Source: an uncultured bacterium (GTDB lineage: Bacteria > Patescibacteriota > Minisyncoccia > Phycocordibacterales > PALSA-1337). From it: a DNA stretch of 64,000 nucleotides. Shown here piece after piece: positions 9,575-18,909 of this stretch. Position 1 is the first letter of the stretch. Each line of letters begins with the position of its first letter. The position numbers and the translations under genes are program-made. Under the pieces are notes generated by a model, which did no database searches, had not been told where the DNA came from, and worked only from the letters and a program-made list of their open reading frames with translations. The DNA lies in the NCBI GenBank assembly GCA_903872035.1, contig CAIQIZ010000029.1, forward strand, positions 479-64,478, given 5' to 3'.

Positions 9575-9757
9575 GTATCATCACCATCAAAGCGGCAGTT
9601 CGTATAGCTTACGATATTTTTGATAATTTCTCAATTTATGTTACCATTCTCACGTTACTGATTCGAGTTCGTATTTTTCGGGCCTAAACTAGCTTCGCTA
9701 AATTAGGCCCATCGCTCGAACGAAATGAATATGGTATATTCACTTCGCTTCTCGCTC

Positions 9758-9828
9758 GGGCCTATAGTAAAGCGGTATTACGCGTCCATGGCATGGACGA
9801 AGTCGGGGTCCGACTCCCCGTAGGTCCA
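9758..9828 (+). tRNA. tRNA-Ala(GGC), atypical T loop TCCGACT
   Basis: GGGCCTA/TAGGTCC with G3:U70; anticodon arm CGTCC-ATGGCAT-GGACG. Confidence 0.9.
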
Positions 9829-9911
9829 CAAAAACAAGGAGCTCGCTTGCGAGCGACTATGTTTTTGTAGGATGTCGCCTGCAGGGCGGCGCCACATGCA
9901 GGAAGAATAGT

Positions 9912-9982
9912 CGGGGCGTAGTATAGTGGTAGTATACACGCTTCGGGTGCGTGAGGTCCGAGTTCGATTCTCGGCGCCCCGA
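9912..9982 (+). tRNA. tRNA-Pro(CGG)
   Basis: CGGGGCG/CGCCCCG; anticodon arm CACGC-TTCGGGT-GCGTG. Confidence 0.93.
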
Positions 9983-9988
9983 CAAGAT

Positions 9989-10059
9989 GGGCCTATAGTA
10001 AAGTGGTATTACGCGTCATTCGCATTGACGAAGCGGGAGTTCGATTCTCCCTAGGTCCA
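9989..10059 (+). tRNA. tRNA-Ala(CGC)
   Basis: GGGCCTA/TAGGTCC with G3:U70; anticodon arm CGTCA-TTCGCAT-TGACG. Confidence 0.93.
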
Positions 10060-10162
10060 CTGAAGATCTGCAGCCTTGTGCATAACTTCCCCGCTCACAA
10101 TTGACAATAATTTGCTATAATGGGGACGTCCATTTATTAATTATAAACATAATTTTAATATC

Positions 10163-10405
10163 ATGAAATCACTCCACGGAGTAGCATTTATTTTATTGAT
10201 TATCGGCGGTATCAATTGGCTTCTGGTTGGCCTTGGAATGTGGTTCGGCGGAAACTGGAATGTCGTCACTCTTATTCTCGGCGGTGTTCCATGGCTCGAA
10301 GCATTGGTTTATGTCCTGGTAGGCCTATCAGCCATCAAGCTTCTCATGTGTCACAAGAAGACTTGCAAGGAATGTGACAAGGGAGCCGCTCCGGCACAGA
10401 TGTAA
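10163..10405 (+). CDS. DUF378-family small membrane protein
   Basis: LLIIGGINWLLVG..VYVLVGLSA pattern. Confidence 0.88.
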   Translation: MKSLHGVAFILLIIGGINWLLVGLGMWFGGNWNVVTLILGGVPWLEALVYVLVGLSAIKLLMCHKKTCKECDKGAAPAQM

Positions 10406-10450
10406 TTCAGCAGAATTACCTACTGGGTAGTATTTGAAAAGTTTCGGATG

Positions 10451-10481
10451 AAAAAACCATCTCAAAACGAGGTGGTTTTTT
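10451..10481 (+). terminator. Intrinsic terminator
   Basis: AAAAAACCATCTC-aaaac-GAGGTGGTTTTTT. Confidence 0.8.
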
Positions 10482-10533
10482 CTATCAATGTACAACCATT
10501 CGTTTTTGGGTTATTATAGCCAAACCGTCAAAA

Positions 10534-10588
10534 GGGCCCGTAGCTCAATTGGTAGAGCGTCCCGATGCACATCGGGGAGGCAAGCGGT
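10534..10588 (+). pseudogene. 5' copy of tRNA-Ala(TGC) with replaced anticodon arm, truncated in the T loop
   Basis: First 26 nt identical to 10865-10890, then TCCCGATGCACATCGGGG instead of CCTCATTTGCAATGAGG, then AGGCAAGCGGT identical. Confidence 0.9.
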
Positions 10589-10591
10589 ACT

Positions 10592-10855
10592 ATGTCTTTC
10601 GTATATATCTTACAGAGCAAAAAGACAGGCCGATACTACATAGGTAGCACAAATGATTTGTCGCGACGATTAGCGGAGCATAATTCAGACCAAACCAAAT
10701 CGCTCATCTACCAAAGGCCATTGGTTGTAGTATTCTCGAAAGAATACGGTAACTTGTCAGATGCGAGAAGGATAGAAAGGAAATTGAAGAAAATGAAAAG
10801 TCGGAGTATCATCGAGCACATAGTACACGACCAGGAGATCAAAGTTGTTTCATAA
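10592..10855 (+). CDS. Small GIY-YIG nuclease (UPF0213/YazA-like)
   Basis: FVYILQS..YYIGST..RRLAEHN..ARRIERKLK; ATG 10592 is in frame with the ORF track call. Confidence 0.92.
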   Translation: MSFVYILQSKKTGRYYIGSTNDLSRRLAEHNSDQTKSLIYQRPLVVVFSKEYGNLSDARRIERKLKKMKSRSIIEHIVHDQEIKVVS

Positions 10856-10864
10856 CGTCATCAT

Positions 10865-10940
10865 GGGCCCGTAGCTCAATTGGTAGAGCGCCTCATTTGC
10901 AATGAGGAGGCAAGCGGTTCGAAACCGCTCGGGTCCACCA
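10865..10940 (+). tRNA. tRNA-Ala(TGC), encoded CCA
   Basis: GGGCCCG/CGGGTCC with G3:U70; anticodon arm CCTCA-TTTGCAA-TGAGG; ends ACCA. Confidence 0.97.
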
Positions 10941-11097
10941 CTGGCAAAAATGCCGAGACTTGTTCTCGGTATTTTTGACAGTGAGGGGGCGGTCGGGAGT
11001 GGTTTCGAAGGACGGAGCGAGCGGAGGCGAGCGAGTCGGGGTCGCGGGCCGAGCCAGCAGGCGAGGACCCGTGACCGAAACCGCTCGGGTCCACCAC
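10941..11097 (+). repeat. ~156-bp structured element ending in a 22-bp copy of the tRNA-Ala 3' end
   Basis: CGAAACCGCTCGGGTCCACCAC at 10920-10941 and 11076-11097; internal hairpins. Confidence 0.88.
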
Positions 11098-11259
11098 AAG
11101 TCTCACTATTTCATGGCTTGACTAAGCGGTAATATCGTTGTCTTTAAATATGGCTTGCCTTTCTGCTAATACTGTGCTATACTATTAACAGTTTAAAACA
11201 CGGTAAACAACTGCCCTCTGTACCCTTTTAGGGAAGATGGCAAGAAAGGACCTTGTAAT

Positions 11260-11631
11260 ATGATTAGATTCGCTTGTAAGTGGTTTAAGCGCTGCGGCGG
11301 CTGGCTGGTAATCGCCGCACTCTTCATCGGCCTAGTAATATCGATCCGCTCCTGCAAATCGCCGTCACCGGAAAAAGTGGCGCATGCACGTGCCATGACC
11401 ACGGAATTGACGACGCTCGTACGCGGAGATTTGGTACATATCAATTATGACTGGGAGATTGTGAGCTCGTGCACCACAGAAACCCTAATAACTGTGAGCT
11501 TCCGTGATCAGAAGTACGTCAATCGCGAGACATCTCGTGCAAGATGGATCGTCGATCGTGTGGTTGGTAAATCGGACACCAACAGTTACTCAGCAGTTTG
11601 TGTTGACCTCATTACACGGATGGTTCACTAA
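11260..11631 (+). CDS. Hypothetical membrane-anchored protein
   Basis: TTGCCT-17-TATACT promoter, AAAGGA RBS, N-terminal TM, downstream hairpin. Confidence 0.75.
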   Translation: MIRFACKWFKRCGGWLVIAALFIGLVISIRSCKSPSPEKVAHARAMTTELTTLVRGDLVHINYDWEIVSSCTTETLITVSFRDQKYVNRETSRARWIVDRVVGKSDTNSYSAVCVDLITRMVH

Positions 11632-11717
11632 CGCCGTCCTCCCATAGTCCCACAAGGAAAGTCCTACGACTCCTCGTGGGACTTTCTCTTTATCTGAATA
11701 ATATACAAATTCCAATA

Positions 11718-12704
11718 TTAGCTCCTACTCAACGCCAACTCGATGACATGATCAACCAGCTCATACGTGTCGCTGCCGACAGCGCGAAGAGCTTTGGGCA
11801 TGAGAGATTCGCCGGTCAGACCTGGCAAAGTATTCACTTCAAGCACATAGATCCCCCGCCGCGGATGGATGATGAAATCAGAACGGGAATAGTGGCGCAA
11901 ACCGAGCACTTGGTGGATCTTTCGCGCCAGGCTCTCGATGGCACGCTTGAACATATCTTGAAAAGTAGCGGGCACGATCTCTTGGGACATGCCTTGATAC
12001 TTGGCTTCGTAGTCGAAGAACTTGGTCATGGGACGGATCTCTATGGGTGGCAAGGCATACAATTCCTGGCCACGAAATCCTTCGATGACGCCACAGGTCG
12101 CTTCGATGCCTGGAATGAATTCTTCTATCATGACTGAATCAGAATGGAGAGAGGCCGCCTTCAAAGCTTCGGGCAATTCGTTGTAATAGATGACCTTGGT
12201 CACGCCGACCGACGAACCGCTTGCCGTTGGTTTGACGATGGCTGGCATAAGAAAGGAATGAAATAGATCGCCTGCAACATTTGTCGTATTATCCCTGATC
12301 AACGCTGATGGAATCTCCCTGCTGTAAGGCGAACGAATGCCATGATCCTTGAAAGCCTTCTTAGACAATACTTTATTCATTCCCACAGCCGAGCCTAATG
12401 AACCGCTTCCGGTAAAAGGCAAGCCGTGTGCCTCCAAAAAAGCCTGAACTTTTCCATCTTCGCCATAGGCGCCATGTAAGGCATTGAAAGCCACGTCGAT
12501 ATGTTTTGATGCGTCAGATGGCTGGATCGGGACGCCATTCATATGCCAAATGCCATTCTTATCAATAAAAACGTCACAGGCCTCGTACTTATCACTAAAT
12601 CGATCCTTGAGCACAGACAATACTGCCGCTCCGGAATTCAACGACACCTGGTATTCATTCGATGGCCCTCCGCGCAAAACGCCGACACGTGTGTGGTGAT
12701 TCAT
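11718..12704 (-). CDS. ddl: D-alanine--D-alanine ligase
   Basis: GGPSNEYQVSL, LHGAYGEDG, GSSVG, LEVNTLPG motifs. Confidence 0.96.
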   Translation of the reverse strand: MNHHTRVGVLRGGPSNEYQVSLNSGAAVLSVLKDRFSDKYEACDVFIDKNGIWHMNGVPIQPSDASKHIDVAFNALHGAYGEDGKVQAFLEAHGLPFTGSGSLGSAVGMNKVLSKKAFKDHGIRSPYSREIPSALIRDNTTNVAGDLFHSFLMPAIVKPTASGSSVGVTKVIYYNELPEALKAASLHSDSVMIEEFIPGIEATCGVIEGFRGQELYALPPIEIRPMTKFFDYEAKYQGMSQEIVPATFQDMFKRAIESLARKIHQVLGLRHYSRSDFIIHPRRGIYVLEVNTLPGLTGESLMPKALRAVGSDTYELVDHVIELALSRS

Positions 12705-12756
12705 GCAGACATTGTAACGTATTTACAATGTATTCAGAAGTGAATAGAAACGATTC

Positions 12757-12904
12757 GCTTGGTGAATGATGTCTCCTCGCCTCCTCGCAAGGTCGCCATT
12801 CCAAATTGCAGCCGTATGCGCTTCCAGGGATTCAGCTCATACGGGCAATTTGTTCATGGCTCAGATCGCATTGCGAGTCATCTCGAAGACATCATTCACC
12901 AAGC
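12757..12904. repeat. 148-bp nested palindromic (MITE/REP-like) element
   Basis: Perfect 18-bp terminal inverted repeat GCTTGGTGAATGATGTCT/AGACATCATTCACCAAGC plus nested stems. Confidence 0.85.
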
Positions 12905-12908
12905 TCAC

Positions 12909-14168
12909 CTAGAACAAACTCTTTGATCTTCGCAACCGATGATACTTGATAGCAAATCTATGCGCCTCTGCATTCACAGCAATGATTTCTTGACGATGTG
13001 CATTTACAAGTTCAGCCGAACCGATCAATTCAGATGCTTTATGTTTGTCGTCTTTTTTTACAGCGACGACTGGAATCTCTACTCGCCTGGCTTTGAGCAC
13101 TGATTCAGCAGCTTTCTTTTGCATTTCATTTCCATCGACGACGATCAGATCTGGGTAATCCCATTCGCTATGATTCAAACGCCTGAATAGAATTTCCGAA
13201 AGTCCGGCCACATCATTATTCGCTTCTCTAGATATCTTGAATTTTCGGTACTCGTTTGAAGATAGTTGGCCATTTATTGAAACCGTCATGGCTCCGACGA
13301 CATTTGTGCCAGATAGATGTGCGATGTCGTATGCTTCTATTCTGTAAGTCCGATTGGATGGTCCGACCGCGGAATCGCTCGATGTGCCCCCATTCGATTC
13401 AGTCGCATTCCTCTTGATCAACGCTATATCGTTAATGTGATCGAGAGCGTAGAGCAGCTTTCTATTCTGGCCAGCTTCTTCAAATTTCATAGCCTTAGCA
13501 TTTCGCTTCATATCACGTTCAATCAATGAACGGACTCGCTTGCTATTCCCTTCAAAGAAAAGCGATAAATATCTGATAGTTTTCAGGTAGTCTTTTCTTG
13601 CCTCCGAATCATTACTATCCGGCGACTGACCCAAAGATTCGTAGAACCTCTCATGCCGAGGATCGTGAGCTTTCTTGTCTCTGAATGGAAAGATTCGACG
13701 CAATATCTTCAACGCTTCTTTGATCAGTGCTCCCTCCACAAACGGCCCGAACTGCTTCAAAACCTTGTATTGCAAAACGCCTCCATCTGAATGTTGCTCA
13801 AAATCTCTCGCTCTTACCAGGAAGACTCTCGGCCAAGGTTCGTCCGTAATGATCACATACTGATCGCTCTTATCATCCCTCTCGGCCACATTATGATATG
13901 GCTGGTAGCGTTTGATGAGAGAGCTCTCTAAAAGGATTGCTTCCAAGACCGAATCTGTCTTCTGCCAAGTCAGAGTCTTTGCTTTGGTAACCATGTCAAT
14001 GATCCGCGGACCACGAGTATCGATGAGATCAATAGCAAAATAGCTTTTGACACGATCTTTTAGGGAGGTAGCACGACCGATGTAGATTGGCCGTCGGCGA
14101 TAGTCCCTGAATATGTAAACGCCCGGCTGATCAGGCAGTTTCTTGTTTTTGACATATTGACGTTTCAT
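12909..14168 (-). CDS. uvrC: Excinuclease ABC subunit C (short form, no C-terminal HhH)
   Basis: PGVYIF..YIGRA GIY-YIG domain, UVR segment, RIEAYDIAH..DLIVVDG RNase H-like domain. Confidence 0.92.
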   Translation of the reverse strand: MKRQYVKNKKLPDQPGVYIFRDYRRRPIYIGRATSLKDRVKSYFAIDLIDTRGPRIIDMVTKAKTLTWQKTDSVLEAILLESSLIKRYQPYHNVAERDDKSDQYVIITDEPWPRVFLVRARDFEQHSDGGVLQYKVLKQFGPFVEGALIKEALKILRRIFPFRDKKAHDPRHERFYESLGQSPDSNDSEARKDYLKTIRYLSLFFEGNSKRVRSLIERDMKRNAKAMKFEEAGQNRKLLYALDHINDIALIKRNATESNGGTSSDSAVGPSNRTYRIEAYDIAHLSGTNVVGAMTVSINGQLSSNEYRKFKISREANNDVAGLSEILFRRLNHSEWDYPDLIVVDGNEMQKKAAESVLKARRVEIPVVAVKKDDKHKASELIGSAELVNAHRQEIIAVNAEAHRFAIKYHRLRRSKSLF

Positions 14169-14440
14169 GATTGTAAGAGTATTGTAATTTTAGAGCACTT
14201 GCAAGTTATCGCGCTCTTTGAGAAAGGAAAGCTAGTTCTATGCTAACCAATTTATCATCTACATCTGTATTCATTATCGTCTTGTCGCTTTGCTTTGCTA
14301 TGATCATTCTCTGGCCCAAGATCGGCCGAAAAACCAAGAATGGCAGCCCAATGGAAAAGCCCAACAACAACGACGTCGAGAAGGCAATCGATGACTTCTG
14401 CAAAGGTCGTTAACTCAATATTCAGAAAGGACAATGAATT

Positions 14441-14638
14441 ATGCTTTTCGAAAATGATGACCCTGAAGATGACGGATCTGGACCGGCGGTCAAGATATTA
14501 ATATACCTGATTCTGGTGGTCGGGGCAGTCCTAGCTTTGATCAATCTTCCAGGCCAAGCACTTCGTACGTTACGGCATGCGCCGAAAGATATTGGTGATT
14601 CACCTGGTACATTGATGGAGGTATTTACTTTATGGTGA
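14441..14638 (+). CDS. Small hypothetical membrane protein
   Basis: AAAGGA RBS, one TM, followed by a hairpin-T tract near 14668-14693. Confidence 0.6.
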   Translation: MLFENDDPEDDGSGPAVKILIYLILVVGAVLALINLPGQALRTLRHAPKDIGDSPGTLMEVFTLW

Positions 14639-14697
14639 CCTCCGATCCCCAATCGATATCAGTGTTCGCCGCCGGCCTACCACCGGCTTTTTTGTGC

Positions 14698-17424
14698 CTA
14701 CTTTTTTAGAATTTTCTTCAAATACTGACCTGTGTAGCTCTTCTCGCTCTTGGCGATATCTTCCGGTGTACCTTTAGCGACTATCTTACCGCCACGATCA
14801 CCACCATCAGGGCCGATATCTATGACGTAGTCAGCATTCTTTACAAGATCCAGATTGTGTTCGATGACAACGACCGTATTCCCTTTGTCTACTAATTTTT
14901 GCAGAATGTCGATCAATTTCTTTACATCTTCATAGTGCAATCCAACTGTCGGCTCATCTAATAAGTAAATAGTCTTCTGTAAATGAGCGCGATAAAGCTC
15001 CGATGAGATCTTTACCCTTTGCGCCTCACCGCCGGAAAGCGTCGTGGCCGATTGGCCAAGCTTCACATATCCGAGTCCGACGTCCATAAGAGTCTTTAAT
15101 CTGTCTTCAATCGCCGGAATGTCCTCAAAGAATTTCAAAGCTTCTTCAATTGTAAGATCCAACACTTCGTGGATATTCTTCTTACGAAACTTGATTTCAA
15201 GAGTCTCCTTTGTGAAACGAGTGCCATTACATATATCACAAGTTACATAGACTGTTGGCAGAAAATGCATCTCTACCGCGATCTCGCCGTTACCCTCACA
15301 AGCTTCGCAGCGTCCTCCTGGACGATTGAATGAGAATCTTCCAGGACCCCAACCTCGCGCCCGTGCTTCTGATTCAGCAGCGAACATGTCGCGGATATGC
15401 GTCCAAGCACCTGTATAGGTCGCTGGATTTGATCGTGGTGTCCTGCCGATCGGAGACTGATCGATGAGGATGACTCGACTGACATACTCAGAACCGCCAA
15501 AGCTCTTGCAATTGAATAATTCATTTGTGCGCAATCGTGATTCGAATCTAGCTTGCAGATTCCTATGTAATATCTCGTACATGAATGAGGACTTGCCTGA
15601 ACCAGAGACTCCGGTTATGACATTGAGACATCCGAGCGGCACGTCCACGTCCATATTCTGAATATTGAAGATATGACCACCCCTAACCATTATCTTCCCT
15701 TTGGGTTGACGACGCTCCTTAGGCAGAGGTATCGACTCCTCGCCTCGCAGATAGGCCAAAGTCAACGAACCGCTGGTATTCTTCTCGGCAGTAAGAAGAT
15801 CATCCAAATAGCCGGAAACTACAACTTTGCCACCATGCACGCCGGCACCTGGTCCGATATCCACGAGGTAGTCAGAAGCGAACATGGTATCTTCATCGTG
15901 CTCTACGACAATGATGGTATTCCCGAGGTCGCGCAAACGCTTCAAAGTACCGATCAGGCGGTCATTGTCGCGCTGATGCAAGCCGATAGTCGGCTCATCC
16001 AGCACATATAGCGCGCCGACAAGCCCTGACCCCAATTGCGAAGCTAGTCTTATACGCTGGGCTTCTCCACCAGATAACGTATGTGCACGACGGTCTAGAG
16101 TAAGATATTCGATACCGACGTTGACCATGAATAGGAGCCGGCCAGATATTTCTTTCAATACCACTTTAGCGATCTCTTTTTCACCTTCAGTCAATTTGAT
16201 ATCTTTGAAATACACGATCGCGTTCTCGATGGACATGTCAGTGATCTCCACGATATTCTTTCCGTCGACGAGCACTTTTAAAGCTTCATCGCGAAGCCTG
16301 GCACCCTTACAAGTCGGGCACGGTTTGTCGCTCCAGATGCTTTCTGTGCCAAGGCCATTACAGGCGGCGCAAGCGCCATATGGCGAGTTGAACGAGAATA
16401 GACGCGGCTCGACTTCGGGATACGAGAAGCCGTCGTATGGGCACATGAATTTGACGGACATCAGTTGCTCGTTCGACTCTGCGGCTGCGGAACTGCTGTC
16501 AGTTCGAGTGCTGTGAGCCAGTTTCGAGACGACATTGTTATTACGTCCTGGATACTCAATCCGGATCAATCCATCAGCCTCGAGGATGGCCCTTTCAAGA
16601 GCTTCCGATAATCGTTCGCGGGCATTCTCGAAAGCCTTCCTGTCCTTTGAGTCTTTAAATTCGCTCAAGAATAGTTCATCCACCAGAACATCGATGTCAT
16701 GCTTCTTGTTCTTTTCCAGGATTATCTGATCGCGAAGACGATGAATAGTGCCGTCTATGCGGACACGGTCATAACCTTTGCCGAGCATGTCGTAAAGCAT
16801 TTGGTAGTACTCACCCTTTCGACCGACAACGACCGGGGCATAGATCCTAACCTTGGCATCGGCAATGTCGACACCAAAGACTTTTTTGGCACGATTTGTT
16901 CGTGTCGTCACTGTCTTCAAGATCGTTTCAAGTATCTCTTCTTTTGAAATTCGTTCGATCGGCCGATTGCAAATCAAGCAATGCGGCTTACCTACGCGAG
17001 CGAAAAGCACGCGCATGTAGTCATAGATCTCGGTGATCGTTGCCACAGTCGAACGCGGATTGTTAGAACGAGATTTTTGATCGATGGAAATTGCTGGTGA
17101 GAGACCGATGATCTCATCTACATCCGGTTTCTGCATTTTATGCAGGAATTGGCGGGCATAAGCGGAAAGCGACTCGACGTAACGCCTCTGACCTTCGGCG
17201 AATATGGTATCGAAAGCCAGCGAAGATTTGCCAGAACCAGAAAGTCCGGTGATGGCTATCATCGTATTCCGCGGCATTTCCACGGTGATATTCTTCAGAT
17301 TATGGGTACGCGCTCCTTTGACGATGATCTTATCACCGCTTTTGGATGGCTCGCCGTGCTTTGTTACGGCCTGATTTTGGTTGTGACCACGCGCATTCGC
17401 GTCGGCCTTGGACATGGCTGACAT
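14698..17424 (-). CDS. uvrA: Excinuclease ABC subunit A
   Basis: GARTHNLKN, two Walker A motifs, two LSGGEAQR signatures, zinc fingers. Confidence 0.98.
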   Translation of the reverse strand: MSAMSKADANARGHNQNQAVTKHGEPSKSGDKIIVKGARTHNLKNITVEMPRNTMIAITGLSGSGKSSLAFDTIFAEGQRRYVESLSAYARQFLHKMQKPDVDEIIGLSPAISIDQKSRSNNPRSTVATITEIYDYMRVLFARVGKPHCLICNRPIERISKEEILETILKTVTTRTNRAKKVFGVDIADAKVRIYAPVVVGRKGEYYQMLYDMLGKGYDRVRIDGTIHRLRDQIILEKNKKHDIDVLVDELFLSEFKDSKDRKAFENARERLSEALERAILEADGLIRIEYPGRNNNVVSKLAHSTRTDSSSAAAESNEQLMSVKFMCPYDGFSYPEVEPRLFSFNSPYGACAACNGLGTESIWSDKPCPTCKGARLRDEALKVLVDGKNIVEITDMSIENAIVYFKDIKLTEGEKEIAKVVLKEISGRLLFMVNVGIEYLTLDRRAHTLSGGEAQRIRLASQLGSGLVGALYVLDEPTIGLHQRDNDRLIGTLKRLRDLGNTIIVVEHDEDTMFASDYLVDIGPGAGVHGGKVVVSGYLDDLLTAEKNTSGSLTLAYLRGEESIPLPKERRQPKGKIMVRGGHIFNIQNMDVDVPLGCLNVITGVSGSGKSSFMYEILHRNLQARFESRLRTNELFNCKSFGGSEYVSRVILIDQSPIGRTPRSNPATYTGAWTHIRDMFAAESEARARGWGPGRFSFNRPGGRCEACEGNGEIAVEMHFLPTVYVTCDICNGTRFTKETLEIKFRKKNIHEVLDLTIEEALKFFEDIPAIEDRLKTLMDVGLGYVKLGQSATTLSGGEAQRVKISSELYRAHLQKTIYLLDEPTVGLHYEDVKKLIDILQKLVDKGNTVVVIEHNLDLVKNADYVIDIGPDGGDRGGKIVAKGTPEDIAKSEKSYTGQYLKKILKK

Positions 17425-17568
17425 AGTGCGCGGATAGTATCATGAAAATGACCTAAAATCAAATCCGAGGAGTAAACTAGCTATCAGTAGACAAAAAAAG
17501 AGCGGCCCGCCTGTGCGAAAACCGCCCGTAAACTCGAATGTGAAATTGTCGTGGCAGTCCATCGCCTC

Positions 17569-18054
17569 TTAATCGACCAGGCCGCCACGATATTCGTGAT
17601 AACCAATTTCAACTTGATGACTATCTAGAATCTGCTCACGTCCCTTAAATTTCCGGAAATCGTTACGCTCCGGAAAATTGACGTAGGTGTAGTCTTTCGC
17701 GGCGAAAATGATCGGCCCGCGGCCACCGTAGAATCGTTTTTCTAAGAAATAAGCCTGCTTCAAACTTTCGCGCAGGTATGGAATGACCCGTTTTGGGTAG
17801 TGGCCTTCATAGCTCATGAACCAGACCATCTCACCGTTGTGATGTATCAATGTGGTGCCATGGCTTTGATCTGACGATGGCGACGTGAAATACATGTCGT
17901 ACATCTCAAAGTTTCCGTAGACGACCCTGATGAGGTGCGAGCCGGGGATATCCTGGAGAGTCGTGATCTTCGGATCGTTTCCAACCCAACCGCGTGTCAT
18001 GGCCTCAAAAAAGGCGTCCCTGATTTGATCATCTGCAAGTATCTTTGCTTTCAT
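17569..18054 (-). CDS. DUF5680-like protein
   Basis: YDMYF..G.T.I..VWFMSYEG..RGP..F.GRE.I..Y.GG pattern; own TTGACA promoter. Confidence 0.7.
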   Translation of the reverse strand: MKAKILADDQIRDAFFEAMTRGWVGNDPKITTLQDIPGSHLIRVVYGNFEMYDMYFTSPSSDQSHGTTLIHHNGEMVWFMSYEGHYPKRVIPYLRESLKQAYFLEKRFYGGRGPIIFAAKDYTYVNFPERNDFRKFKGREQILDSHQVEIGYHEYRGGLVD

Positions 18055-18173
18055 TTTATTATGTTCAATTTCCTTTCAAAGGACAGAATATAATACAATG
18101 TGTATTATGTCAACTTGCCCGTACCTACCAATCTAGTCTTACCCATTTATCTTTCCCAGTCGTATACTACTAC

Positions 18174-18674
18174 GTGACAAGCACAGAAGAAAATAGAATA
18201 TGGAACGTAGGACCCTATGCTTGGGCCAGCATTTTTTTGGTGATCGTCTCAATGGCGGCCAGGATCGCTTTCTATCCGGTCGCCAGCACGGACTACACAG
18301 TGAGCATTGTCCATTGGATTCAAGCTCTGCGAACTTATCCAGGATTGACAGCCTTCAGATATCCGTTCGCCGACTACGTGCCATCCTACCTTTATGCATT
18401 GAAGATCGTCGCGCTCATCAACCTGAATGATCTATACCTGGTCAAGACCATCTCTGCAATATTCGATACATGTGTAGCAGTTATGAGCTATCTCCTGTTA
18501 GGACTGGCAAATGAGAACAAATACACAAAGTGGCAACGGATATTTGCTGCAGCTGTGATCTTCGCCATTCCAACCGTAGTCATGAACAGCTCTCTCTGGG
18601 CTCAATCCGATTCCATATATACAGCAAAGGAACAGGCTTTTTTGAACATTATTTTGTTTTCATTGTATTTTTAA
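18174..18674 (+). pseudogene. Truncated GT-C (mannosyltransferase-like) membrane glycosyltransferase
   Basis: DYVPSYLY, K..S.IFD and NSSLWAQSDSIY motifs, then an early stop; GTG start after TATACT. Confidence 0.65.
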
Positions 18675-18909
18675 TAATAGGTCACAGGCGGAACAGCCGC
18701 GTGCTTAGCAGAAAAGTGTACTCCGATGAGTCGACCGTTCAAGCTACATTTATTGTCTAATGGTCGCGGAATCGAGATTGTTCTATAGCGGCTGATCTTC
18801 GAACTATTTTGCCATGGTCTAATTTTTTATAAATGATCCAAGAAGAAACTCCGCGTAATGTCAATGACTCGCGGACCCCTTCAAAGGAAACCTGTCGTTG
18901 TATGAGGCA

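Noticed and set aside
9181-9687. ORFs 9075-9323, 9181-9384, 9183-9398, 9414-9623 and 9502-9687
   Set aside because: They overlap tRNA-Val, tRNA-Pro and their repeats, so they are shadow frames.
9182-11097. Possible CRISPR array or prophage att sites
   Set aside because: Each repeat occurs only twice and derives from a tRNA. There are no cas, integrase or phage genes in the window.
10876-11132. ORFs with apparent peptide repeats (VVDPSGF, WWTRAVS)
   Set aside because: These are translations of tRNA-Ala and its duplicated 3' end.
14206-14403. 65-aa minus-strand ORF upstream of uvrC
   Set aside because: It has no motif or convincing start signal and cannot be supported either way.
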